From NCBI GenBank assembly GCA_900321255.1, contig ONVK01000030.1:848-64847 (forward strand): DNA of 64,000 nucleotides. Reading direction: 5' to 3'. Shown piece after piece: positions 1 to 7,686 of the stretch. Position 1 is the stretch's first letter, and each line of letters begins with the position of its first letter. A program made the translations under genes and the position numbers. The notes below the pieces were generated by a model. It was not told the origin of the DNA, searched no databases, and saw nothing but the letters and a program-made list of their open reading frames with translations. This stretch comes from an uncultured Lentisphaerota bacterium. GTDB taxonomy: Bacteria > Verrucomicrobiota > Kiritimatiellia > RFP12 > UBA1067.

Positions 1-456
1 CTCGGGATGGTGGCCGCGATGGTGGGGATAGTAGTACCACACGACCTCGGTGCGGTAGGCAAGACCCCAGACCTTGTCGTCGTCGAACCAGAAGGTGTGG
101 TCGAAGTGGATGTTGGGGTCGAATTCGTTGAACCACTTGCCGTACTGACCGTTGCGCTTGTCGGTGAGGTCAGAGTTGAACCAGAGGCCGACACCGACCG
201 AACCGATGTCCCACGGGAGGTTCAGATTGCCCTCGGCGTACGTCTGCCATGTGGGCTCGGAGTTGAGGAGCGAGCCGTAGAGCTGGTAGCCGGAGTAGAT
301 TCCGGAGGAGCCGAATCCCCAGAAAAGCGGGGCGCCGTCCTCTTTCTCTGCCTCGGCGGGCTGGTTCGCCTGCGCCTGGGAGTCATCGGCCTTGGGCTCG
401 TCGGCAAACGCGGCGAAAGCCGCGCACGCCGCAGCTGCGATCATTAGTTTTTTCAT
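1..456 (-). CDS. hypothetical secreted protein, N-terminal part only (ORF runs off the left edge of the window)
   Basis: Hand translation of the minus strand from ATG 456..454 gives MKKLMIAAAACAAFAAFADEPKADDSQ...FWGFGSSGIYSGYQLYGS... The N-terminus looks like a signal peptide and the body is Gly/Tyr/Trp-rich. It is absent from the ORF track because no stop lies in the window. The listed 7..447 (+) ORF is its antisense shadow. Confidence 0.5.
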   Translation of the reverse strand, partial: MKKLMIAAAACAAFAAFADEPKADDSQAQANQPAEAEKEDGAPLFWGFGSSGIYSGYQLYGSLLNSEPTWQTYAEGNLNLPWDIGSVGVGLWFNSDLTDKRNGQYGKWFNEFDPNIHFDHTFWFDDDKVWGLAYRTEVVWYYYPHHRGHHPE

Positions 457-503
457 GTTTTGATCCTTTTTGTGGTTTGGTTGTGTACGGGGAAACCCAT
501 GTC

Positions 504-2147
504 TCAGGCCTTTGCCTTGTCTCCGCCGAAGCGGTCGGCGTCCTTGATGGACGGCGCGGTCTCGGAGAACTCGAAGTCCTTGCCGGGGAGGATGGCGTTC
601 AGGACAATGCCCATGAGCGCTCCGACGGCGAGCCCGGAGAGCGATATCTTGAGCGACCCTACGGTGAACGCGATCGCACCCGCCTTCGAGAACGAGATGC
701 CGAGCGTGAGGACGAGGATGAGGGCGGCGATGAGCATGTTGCGGCTCTTTCCGAGGTCTACCTGGCTCTCGACGAGGTTCCTCACGCCCACGGCGGAGAT
801 CATCCCGTAGAGGATGAACGAGACGCCGCCGATCGTCGCGCCGGGGATCGTGCCGATGAAGGCCGAGAACTTCGGGCAGAACGATACGAGGATCGCGAGG
901 CAGGCGGCGATGCGGATGACGCGGGGATCGTAGACCTTCGAGAGCGAGAGGACGCCAGTGTTCTCGCCGTACGTAGTGTTGGCGGGAGCGCCGAAGAGCG
1001 AGGCAAGGCAGGTTGCGAGGCCGTCGCCCAGCATCGTGCGGTGGAGGCCCGGGTTCTCGAAGAAGTTGCGCTTCACGGTCGAGGAGATCGCCGAGACGTC
1101 GCCGACGTGCTCCATGATCGTCGCGAACGCAAGCGGGAAGACGATAAGAATCGCGCTCGTGATCCTGCCCCAGTCCGGGCTCGAGAGGATCGGGAACACC
1201 GTGTTCCCCATCTTGACGGGGAGGCCGATCCACGCTGCGGAGGCAACGCCGGAATAGTCGATCGACTGGCTGAGGCCGAGCTTGCCGAGGATTACCGCGG
1301 CAATGTATGAGAATATGACGCCCATGAGGATCGGGATGATCCTGAACATGCCGCGGGCGAATATCGAGAACCCTATCACGGTCGCTATCGCGACGAGGGC
1401 GACGGGCCAGTCTGTCGTGCAGCTGTTGATCGCGACGGGAGCGAGTACGAGGCCGATGCCGATGATGATCGGACCCGTCACGACGGGCGGGAAGAACTTC
1501 ATCACGGTCTTGACGCCGCAGGCCTTGACGAACCCGGCTACCACAAAGTAGAGGAGCGACGACGACGCGACGCCGAGACAGGCGTACTGGAGCATCTTCG
1601 TCTTGTCGCAGTCCTCGAAGCCGGCCGCGCCTGCCATCCCGGCGAGCGCAAAGTATCCGGCGAGGTAGGCGAACGACGAGCCGAGGAACGCCGGGACGAT
1701 GCGCTTCGTGAGGAGATGGAAGAGGAGCGTGCCGAGGCCCGCCCAGAGAAGCGTTGCGCTCGGGGAGAGGCCGGTGAGGATCGGCACGAGGATCGTCGCG
1801 CCGAACATCGCGAACATGTGCTGAACGCCGAGCACCGCCATCTTCGGGATGCCGAGCGTGCGGGCGTCGTAGACCGCCTCGCCGGCCCTGTACTTGTCGC
1901 GCAGACGGGCGATGGCATGCGCAAGCGCCGCCGATTCGTCGGGCGTGACGACGCCGTCTTCGGCAATCGAGACCAGGAGCTTTTCGAAAAGCGCGAGGTC
2001 GTTGTCCTTCGCCGCAAACGGATGGACGAGGCCTATGAGCGCCTTCGTCTCGTCTATGTCGGCCTTTCCGTCCGCGAACGTGAACTTCTCCGCAGCCGTA
2101 AGGAGCTGCGAAATCATCCAGGAACTGTCATTCTGTCGTGTAGCCAT
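504..2147 (-). CDS. uraA: NCS2-family uracil permease (UraA/PyrP type) with an extra ~85-aa N-terminal module
   Basis: From ORF 504..2246. Start moved to ATG 2147 (MATRQ..., preceded by AAGGAAA) because the upstream 33 codons overlap apt. UraA hallmarks are present: QHMFAMFGATILVP, IMEHVGD, NTTYGENTGV. The N-terminal extension carries DGKADIDE...EDGVVTPDES. Confidence 0.85.
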   Translation of the reverse strand: MATRQNDSSWMISQLLTAAEKFTFADGKADIDETKALIGLVHPFAAKDNDLALFEKLLVSIAEDGVVTPDESAALAHAIARLRDKYRAGEAVYDARTLGIPKMAVLGVQHMFAMFGATILVPILTGLSPSATLLWAGLGTLLFHLLTKRIVPAFLGSSFAYLAGYFALAGMAGAAGFEDCDKTKMLQYACLGVASSSLLYFVVAGFVKACGVKTVMKFFPPVVTGPIIIGIGLVLAPVAINSCTTDWPVALVAIATVIGFSIFARGMFRIIPILMGVIFSYIAAVILGKLGLSQSIDYSGVASAAWIGLPVKMGNTVFPILSSPDWGRITSAILIVFPLAFATIMEHVGDVSAISSTVKRNFFENPGLHRTMLGDGLATCLASLFGAPANTTYGENTGVLSLSKVYDPRVIRIAACLAILVSFCPKFSAFIGTIPGATIGGVSFILYGMISAVGVRNLVESQVDLGKSRNMLIAALILVLTLGISFSKAGAIAFTVGSLKISLSGLAVGALMGIVLNAILPGKDFEFSETAPSIKDADRFGGDKAKA

Positions 2148-2178
2148 TGTCGTTTCCTTAGTTAGTTTCGTTGGCAAG

Positions 2179-2949
2179 TCATTTTCCGGGGTACTTGAGG
2201 AGAGTGGCGACGTCGTAGCCCTTGAGAAGCCCGGCCCTCGCGCCAAAGCCCTCGAGCTCGATCGGGAAGATCATCTTGACGACCGTGCCTCCGAGACGCT
2301 CGACAAGCCGCGCCGCGGCGGCAGCCGTGCCGCCCGTCGCGAGCAGGTCGTCTACGATCACGGCCTTCTCCCCGCGGATCACGGCGTCGGCGTGCATGTG
2401 CAGCGTCGCCTTCCCGTATTCGAGGTCGTAGTCCTCCGAGATCGTGCGGCGCGGAAGCTTCCCGGGCTTGCGGATCGGCACAAACGCCTTTCCGAAGCGC
2501 GCGGCGATGGCCGCGCCGAAGATGAAGCCGCGGGATTCCGGCGCCGCGACAAGGTCGAAGCTGACGCCCTCCAGCGCCTCGGCGATCTCGGACAGCGCGA
2601 GGTTGAAGCCCTCGCCGGACTCGAGTATCCCCGTCACGTCGCGGAAAAGCACCCCCGGCTTCGGGAAGTCGGGTATCTCGCGGACGTAGTCGGCGAGACG
2701 CGGACGGCCCGAGAGGAGCTTGTCCATCAGACGCGCGATCTGGAACGACTCCTCGTCCGTCACGACCCCGTCCTGCCTGACGCGCTGCAGGAGCGCTTCG
2801 AGCTCGCAGGCCCCGGGCTCGCCCTTCAGGACGAACGGCCGGATCGTCCTCAGTATCACGGAAGTCTCGCCGAGCGTCACGCGCCCGTCGTACATCACCG
2901 CCGTCCGCAGCGAATCGAGGATCTTGAGCAGTCTGTAGTCGCCGACCAT
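2179..2949 (-). CDS. apt: adenine phosphoribosyltransferase with an extra ~80-aa N-terminal module
   Basis: Apt motifs IPDFPKPGVLFRDVTGI, APESRGFIFGAAIA and VIVDDLLATGGTA (PRPP loop). The N-terminus carries DGRVTLGE...QDGVVTDEES. An internal Met (MDKLLSGRPRLADYVREIPDF) would give a canonical-length Apt, so use of the long form is not proven. Confidence 0.85.
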   Translation of the reverse strand: MVGDYRLLKILDSLRTAVMYDGRVTLGETSVILRTIRPFVLKGEPGACELEALLQRVRQDGVVTDEESFQIARLMDKLLSGRPRLADYVREIPDFPKPGVLFRDVTGILESGEGFNLALSEIAEALEGVSFDLVAAPESRGFIFGAAIAARFGKAFVPIRKPGKLPRRTISEDYDLEYGKATLHMHADAVIRGEKAVIVDDLLATGGTAAAAARLVERLGGTVVKMIFPIELEGFGARAGLLKGYDVATLLKYPGK

Positions 2950-2959
2950 CCCATCCTCC

Positions 2960-4636
2960 CTACATCATTGCGTACTTGGCGATGAAAAGAGCCGTCAGGA
3001 TGTACATGATCCAGTGGATGCGGCTGAACTTGCCGGCAAGCGCGTTTATGACCGTGTACGAGATGACGCCGAACATGATGCCCTCCGAGATCGAATAGGT
3101 GAACGGCATCGCCACGATCGTGAGGAAGGCCGGAACCGCCTCTCCCGCGTCGCGCCAGTCGATGTCGGCGCAGGACGATAGCATCAGATAGCCGACGATG
3201 ATGAGCGCCGGAGCCGTCGCAAAGCCCGGGACCGCGAGGAAGATCGGAGCGAAGAGTATCGCGAGCGCGAAGAGCGCGGCGGAAGTGACTGCGGTGAGGC
3301 CCGTCTTGCCGCCGGCCGCAACGCCGGACGCAGACTCGACATATGTCGTCGTCGTGGAAGTGCCGAAGACGGCTCCCACAGATGTCGCGATGGCGTCGGC
3401 GCAGAGCGCCCCCGAAATGCGCGGGAGCTTGCCCTCCTTCGTGAGGAAGCCACCCTTCATCGAGACGCCGATGAGCGTGCCGAGCGTGTCGAAGAGGTCC
3501 ACGAAGAAGAACGCGAACATCACGACGAAGAAGTCGAGCGACTTGGCGAGCGCCCAGCCGGAACCGACGACCTCGCCCTTCACGGTGTGCGTCCAGTGCT
3601 CGGGCGAGAAGAGCGCGCCGATGGTCGAGCCGAACTCCCTGAACGCGCCGGCGATGTCGCTGACCGCGAAGCTCGGATAGGTCGAGAAGAACTTCGCCTC
3701 GGCGTTCGGCACGTAGAGCCCCGTCGCCTCGGCGACCATGCCGAGGACCCAAGTCGCGAAGATGCCGAGCAGAATGGCGCCCTTGAACCCCTTCACGAGC
3801 ATGAAGCCCGTCAGGACCGTGCCGACGAGCGCGAGAATCGCCGTCACGCCCTGCGTATGGAAACTCCCGGCATCCCTGAAGCTGACGAGCGAAACGAGCG
3901 TCGCGTCGCTGTTCACGATCACCTTCGCCGTCTGCAGCGCGATAAAGCATATGAAAAGGCCTATTCCGGCCGCCACCGCGCGCTTGAGCGTGATCGGTAT
4001 CGAGTTGAATATGCTTTCCCGAACGGGCGTCAGCGAAAGCGCGAGGAATACAAGGCCCTCCACGAACACCGCGAGAAGAGCAAACTGCCAGCTGTAGCCC
4101 ATGCCGAGCACGACGCCGAACGTGAGGAACGCGTTGAGTCCCATGCCCGGAGCGAGGACGAACGGATAGTTCGACATGAACGCCATGAGGAGCGTTCCGA
4201 CGACAGCCGCCACGGCCGTCGCCATGAAGACGCCGCCTCGCGGAATGCCGGCGACGGACAGGATGTTGGGGTTGACGGCGAGGATGTACGCCATCGTCAT
4301 GAACGTCGTGATGCCGGCCGCGACCTCGACCTTGACCGTCGTCCTGTTTCTCTTGAGCTTGAAGACCCTGCCGAGGAAGGTCGTCTCGGGTTCTTCGCTC
4401 TCGGCCTCGCGCGTAAGCCACTTGAGGTGGGCGCCGATGCGCACCGACTCCTCTGGCGTCACGACGCCGTCTTCAAGGACGTCCTCGAGCGCCTTCACGA
4501 ACTCGGCCATCTCCGCGCTCTTCTCGGCGCGCTCCTTGGCGTAGGCGAGGAGGATTACCGCCTCGGCGCGGTCTACCTTGCCGTCTTCGAGAATCGTCTT
4601 CTCGAGTTTGCGTATCGATTCCTTGATGTCGTTCAT
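2960..4636 (-). CDS. NCS2 AzgA/PurP-type adenine/guanine/hypoxanthine permease with an extra ~95-aa N-terminal module
   Basis: AzgA-family motifs AAGITTFMTMAYILAVNPNIL and TSTTTTYVESASGV, plus many TM helices. The N-terminus carries EDGKVDRAE...EDGVVTPEES. There is no alternative start codon between the module and the transporter core. Confidence 0.85.
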   Translation of the reverse strand: MNDIKESIRKLEKTILEDGKVDRAEAVILLAYAKERAEKSAEMAEFVKALEDVLEDGVVTPEESVRIGAHLKWLTREAESEEPETTFLGRVFKLKRNRTTVKVEVAAGITTFMTMAYILAVNPNILSVAGIPRGGVFMATAVAAVVGTLLMAFMSNYPFVLAPGMGLNAFLTFGVVLGMGYSWQFALLAVFVEGLVFLALSLTPVRESIFNSIPITLKRAVAAGIGLFICFIALQTAKVIVNSDATLVSLVSFRDAGSFHTQGVTAILALVGTVLTGFMLVKGFKGAILLGIFATWVLGMVAEATGLYVPNAEAKFFSTYPSFAVSDIAGAFREFGSTIGALFSPEHWTHTVKGEVVGSGWALAKSLDFFVVMFAFFFVDLFDTLGTLIGVSMKGGFLTKEGKLPRISGALCADAIATSVGAVFGTSTTTTYVESASGVAAGGKTGLTAVTSAALFALAILFAPIFLAVPGFATAPALIIVGYLMLSSCADIDWRDAGEAVPAFLTIVAMPFTYSISEGIMFGVISYTVINALAGKFSRIHWIMYILTALFIAKYAMM

Positions 4637-4665
4637 TTCCTGTCCTTTCGATCCGGCGGCAGACG

Positions 4666-4959
4666 CTAGATGATGTTGAGTATGTCGGAAAAGCCCGTTA
4701 TGTCGAACACTTCCTTGACGGAGGGCTGGACGCCTGCGATCTGGAGCGTTCCGCCCTTCGCCATCATCGTCTTGTGGGCGGTGAGCATGAGCCTAAGCCC
4801 CGCCGAGCTCATGTACGGCACATCCGCAAGATCGATGACGACTTTCGTCGCGTCGCCGAACTTGAGCCCTGCCTCGAGTTCCGGCGCGGTTACGGTATCA
4901 ACGCGTCCGCTGACGGAAATGGTCAGCGTGCTTCCCTCTGTGTTAGTTTTTATCTCCAT
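4666..4959 (-). CDS. STAS-domain anti-sigma-factor antagonist (SpoIIAA/RsbV-like)
   Basis: 97 aa. LTISVSGRVDTVTAPELE...DLADVPYMSSAGLRLML contains the conserved phosphorylatable Ser context (SSAGL). It overlaps the upstream phosphatase/kinase gene by 17 nt. Confidence 0.85.
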   Translation of the reverse strand: MEIKTNTEGSTLTISVSGRVDTVTAPELEAGLKFGDATKVVIDLADVPYMSSAGLRLMLTAHKTMMAKGGTLQIAGVQPSVKEVFDITGFSDILNII

Positions 4960-6976
4960 ATTCTTTTCCCATTGTAAGTATGTTCCTGTCGTTGTTCCGC
5001 CTGTAGGTGACAGGCGACATCGTCTTCTTGACGATCAAGATTCCAAGCCCGCCGACCTCGCGGTCATCGGCGCAGAGCGTCGTGTCGGGGTCGCGGTGCG
5101 CAAGCGGATCGAACGGCTTGCCGTTGTCCGTTATGACGAGGCGCACGCCGTCCGGATGGCGGGTTCGCTCCACCGTAAGCGTCCAGTCCGTCGCGCCAGA
5201 ATAGCGCACGATGTTCGCGAATATCTCGTCCGCCGCGACCATCATGATGTTCGAGCAGTCGTCCGGCACGCCCTCAAGCGCCTTCGCGAGGTCGGCGGAC
5301 GCCTTCGAGAGGTCTTCCATCGTCGGCCTGTACTCGCCGGTGAACGTCGCGGGCTCGCCGCGGTAGCGCATGACGAGCTGCGTGCAGTCGTCCGCCTGCT
5401 CCGCGCCGGCGGCATGGCGGCGAACGTCCTCTATCACGGCCGACAGAAGTTCGCCGCGCCTCCCGGAGCAGCCTGACACGGTCTTGAGGAGCTGGTCGTC
5501 TCCGTATAGCTCTCCAGCCGCGTTGTGCTGCTCGACGATCCCGTCGGTGTAGAGGTATATCGCGTCGCCCGGCTCAAGCTGCAGCTCCTGCACGCGGTAG
5601 CGCACGCCCGCCATCGCGCCGAGAACGAGCGAGGGCCTGGACCTGAGGTATTCGACTTTTCCGCCGAGTCTGACGATCGGAGGATTGTGCCCTGCGTTCA
5701 CATACGACACGTGTCCCGTGCGGATGTTCAGCTCGCCGGCCCAGGCAGTCACGAAAGTGTTGGAGGTATTCCCCTCGCAAAGGGCATCGTTCGCCTCCTC
5801 GATGACCTGTTCGATCGGTTTCCCCGTCTGCGCGGCGCTCTTTATCTGCGCCTTCGCCCTCATCATGAACATCGCGGCCGGGACGCCCTTCCCGCTCACG
5901 TCCGCAACGAGGAACAGCACGCGGTCAGGCCCGGTGAAGTAGAAGTCGTAGAAGTCTCCGCCGACTTCCCTCGCCGTGTCCATCGACGCCCAGATGTCGA
6001 AACTCGTCTCGTCGGGGAACGGGGGAAACACGTTGGGGATCGCCGCCAGCTGTATGTCCGTCGCCATCTTGAGCTCCTTCGCGGTCTGGAGCTTGATCTG
6101 GTTGCGGACGAAGGATGAGATCACGAATCCGACGAGAAGCGCGACGAACACGAGCGCCGCGCCGTTCAACACGGCGGTCGCGCCTACAAGGACGTCGCGC
6201 TGCACAGCTGCGGAGTCCTTGGGGATCATGATGTACGTCGGAAAGCCCTCGATTTCCTTGCGCTTCCAGTAGAAAGAGCTGTCGGGATCCTCCCAGTGCG
6301 CACCCTCGCGGTTCGGCTCCTCGTAGTCGGAGAGAATTAGCCCGGACATCGTAGTCACCACTATTCCGCCATTCCCGCCGACGCGCCAGTTGCGGAAGAG
6401 GTCCATGAGCGAGGAGCGCGACAGGCCGCGGAGCGACTCGCCGTCGCAGCCGATTTCCACGAAGCCGCCTGTCGACGGCATCCAGACCCCGATGAACTTG
6501 CGCCACGCGCCGTTCGCGGTGTTCGAGCGGTACGGCTGGCAGTATTCGGTGTCCGGTCCGGTGACGAGGCACATCATGTCCTCGGCCTGGCCGCCCGCCG
6601 TCTTGAAGTTGAAGGCCGGCCGGTCGGCGGAGGCGAGGTAGTCGGTCACCGACGAGGCAACGATGTCTCCATTCGTGTCGGCGACGCTGATCTCCGTGAC
6701 GTGAAGCTCCCTGGCGAGCGCCTGAAGCGACGCAGTGTCCACGGGATAGCCGTCCTCCTCTATCCGCTCGCGAACAGCCATGCACTGCAGGACAAGCCTT
6801 TCCTCTACGCAGTCCGACATCTCGTCCTCGACGTTCTCGAACGTGCGGTCGATCAGCTTGTACGCGTCGCGCTCCGAGAGCCGCGAGTGGAGGAACCACG
6901 TGAACGCCATCGACAGCAGGAACGCCGCGAAGACGCTCAGCACAAGCTTAAGGTTGAGGCTGCGGCGCTGCGTCAT
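4943..6976 (-). CDS. membrane sensor: periplasmic Cache-like domain + PP2C/SpoIIE phosphatase + C-terminal RsbW/SpoIIAB-like kinase (HATPase) domain
   Basis: N-terminal TM, a periplasmic domain and a second TM. SpoIIE motifs EVGGDFYDF, LVADVSGKGVPAAMFM, TDGIVE. C-terminal HATPase motifs ADEIFANIVRYS, VRLVITDNGKPFDP, VGGLGILIVKK. Confidence 0.85.
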   Translation of the reverse strand: MTQRRSLNLKLVLSVFAAFLLSMAFTWFLHSRLSERDAYKLIDRTFENVEDEMSDCVEERLVLQCMAVRERIEEDGYPVDTASLQALARELHVTEISVADTNGDIVASSVTDYLASADRPAFNFKTAGGQAEDMMCLVTGPDTEYCQPYRSNTANGAWRKFIGVWMPSTGGFVEIGCDGESLRGLSRSSLMDLFRNWRVGGNGGIVVTTMSGLILSDYEEPNREGAHWEDPDSSFYWKRKEIEGFPTYIMIPKDSAAVQRDVLVGATAVLNGAALVFVALLVGFVISSFVRNQIKLQTAKELKMATDIQLAAIPNVFPPFPDETSFDIWASMDTAREVGGDFYDFYFTGPDRVLFLVADVSGKGVPAAMFMMRAKAQIKSAAQTGKPIEQVIEEANDALCEGNTSNTFVTAWAGELNIRTGHVSYVNAGHNPPIVRLGGKVEYLRSRPSLVLGAMAGVRYRVQELQLEPGDAIYLYTDGIVEQHNAAGELYGDDQLLKTVSGCSGRRGELLSAVIEDVRRHAAGAEQADDCTQLVMRYRGEPATFTGEYRPTMEDLSKASADLAKALEGVPDDCSNIMMVAADEIFANIVRYSGATDWTLTVERTRHPDGVRLVITDNGKPFDPLAHRDPDTTLCADDREVGGLGILIVKKTMSPVTYRRNNDRNILTMGKEYGDKN

Positions 6977-7686
6977 TTCGCCCCTCCTTCCGCTATGACG
7001 GCATTGGCCGCCGCAAGCACGTCGGGGCGACGCTTGTCAACCGCGACCCCGTAGAACTCGCGCGTCTGCAGAGGCGAGACAGCGAGCTTCCCTCCGGACG
7101 CCTCGGCAAGTGTCGTCAGCTGTACGCCGTCGAAGAGCACCGCGTCGACCTCGTCCCTCCTGAGCGCAGCGATGGCGTCCTGGATGCGGATATAGCGCTT
7201 GGGGTCGCATCCGTGCAGGCAGAGGTAGACGTCGTGAGCAGAATCGGACTCGATGCCGATGCGGATGGCGTTGAGCTGCGACATGCGGGGCTTCTTTCCG
7301 TCCGTCCTGTACAGGAAGCGCGCACCGCCCTCCCCATAGGGTTCGGAGAAGTCGATGTCGCGGCGCCGCGCCTCGGTCATCGTGATGGTCGCGATGGAGA
7401 AATCGGCGGTGCCGGCCTTGAGACGCGGCAGGATCTCGATGAAATCGACGCCTTCCATGACCATCTTGCGGCCCATCTTCGCGGCGATCTTCCGCGCGAA
7501 CTCGACGTCCGTACCGACGATTTCGCCGGCCTCGTTCCTGTAGCAGCACGGCGGCTCGGTCGGGTTCGCGAGAAAGAGAAGCGGACGCGACATGTCGGTG
7601 ACGCGCGGATCGACCGTTTCCCGCCTGTCCTTGTCGGAACAGCCGGCGAACACGGCGAGCGCGAGCAGCATGCATAGTCGTTTCAT
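6973..7686 (-). CDS. lipoprotein, family-3 solute-binding protein (amino-acid-binding type)
   Basis: Lipobox LAVFAGC. SBP_bac_3-like IVGTDVEFARKIAAKMG...DFSIATITMTEARR..DFSEPY. It has 4-nt overlaps with both neighbours. Confidence 0.8.
   Translation of the reverse strand: MKRLCMLLALAVFAGCSDKDRRETVDPRVTDMSRPLLFLANPTEPPCCYRNEAGEIVGTDVEFARKIAAKMGRKMVMEGVDFIEILPRLKAGTADFSIATITMTEARRRDIDFSEPYGEGGARFLYRTDGKKPRMSQLNAIRIGIESDSAHDVYLCLHGCDPKRYIRIQDAIAALRRDEVDAVLFDGVQLTTLAEASGGKLAVSPLQTREFYGVAVDKRRPDVLAAANAVIAEGGAK

Noticed and set aside
2895-4421. 508-aa ORF on the minus strand
   Set aside because: It lies on the same strand as the AzgA-type permease but out of frame. It is extremely Arg/Gly/His-rich and shows no membrane or enzyme motifs.
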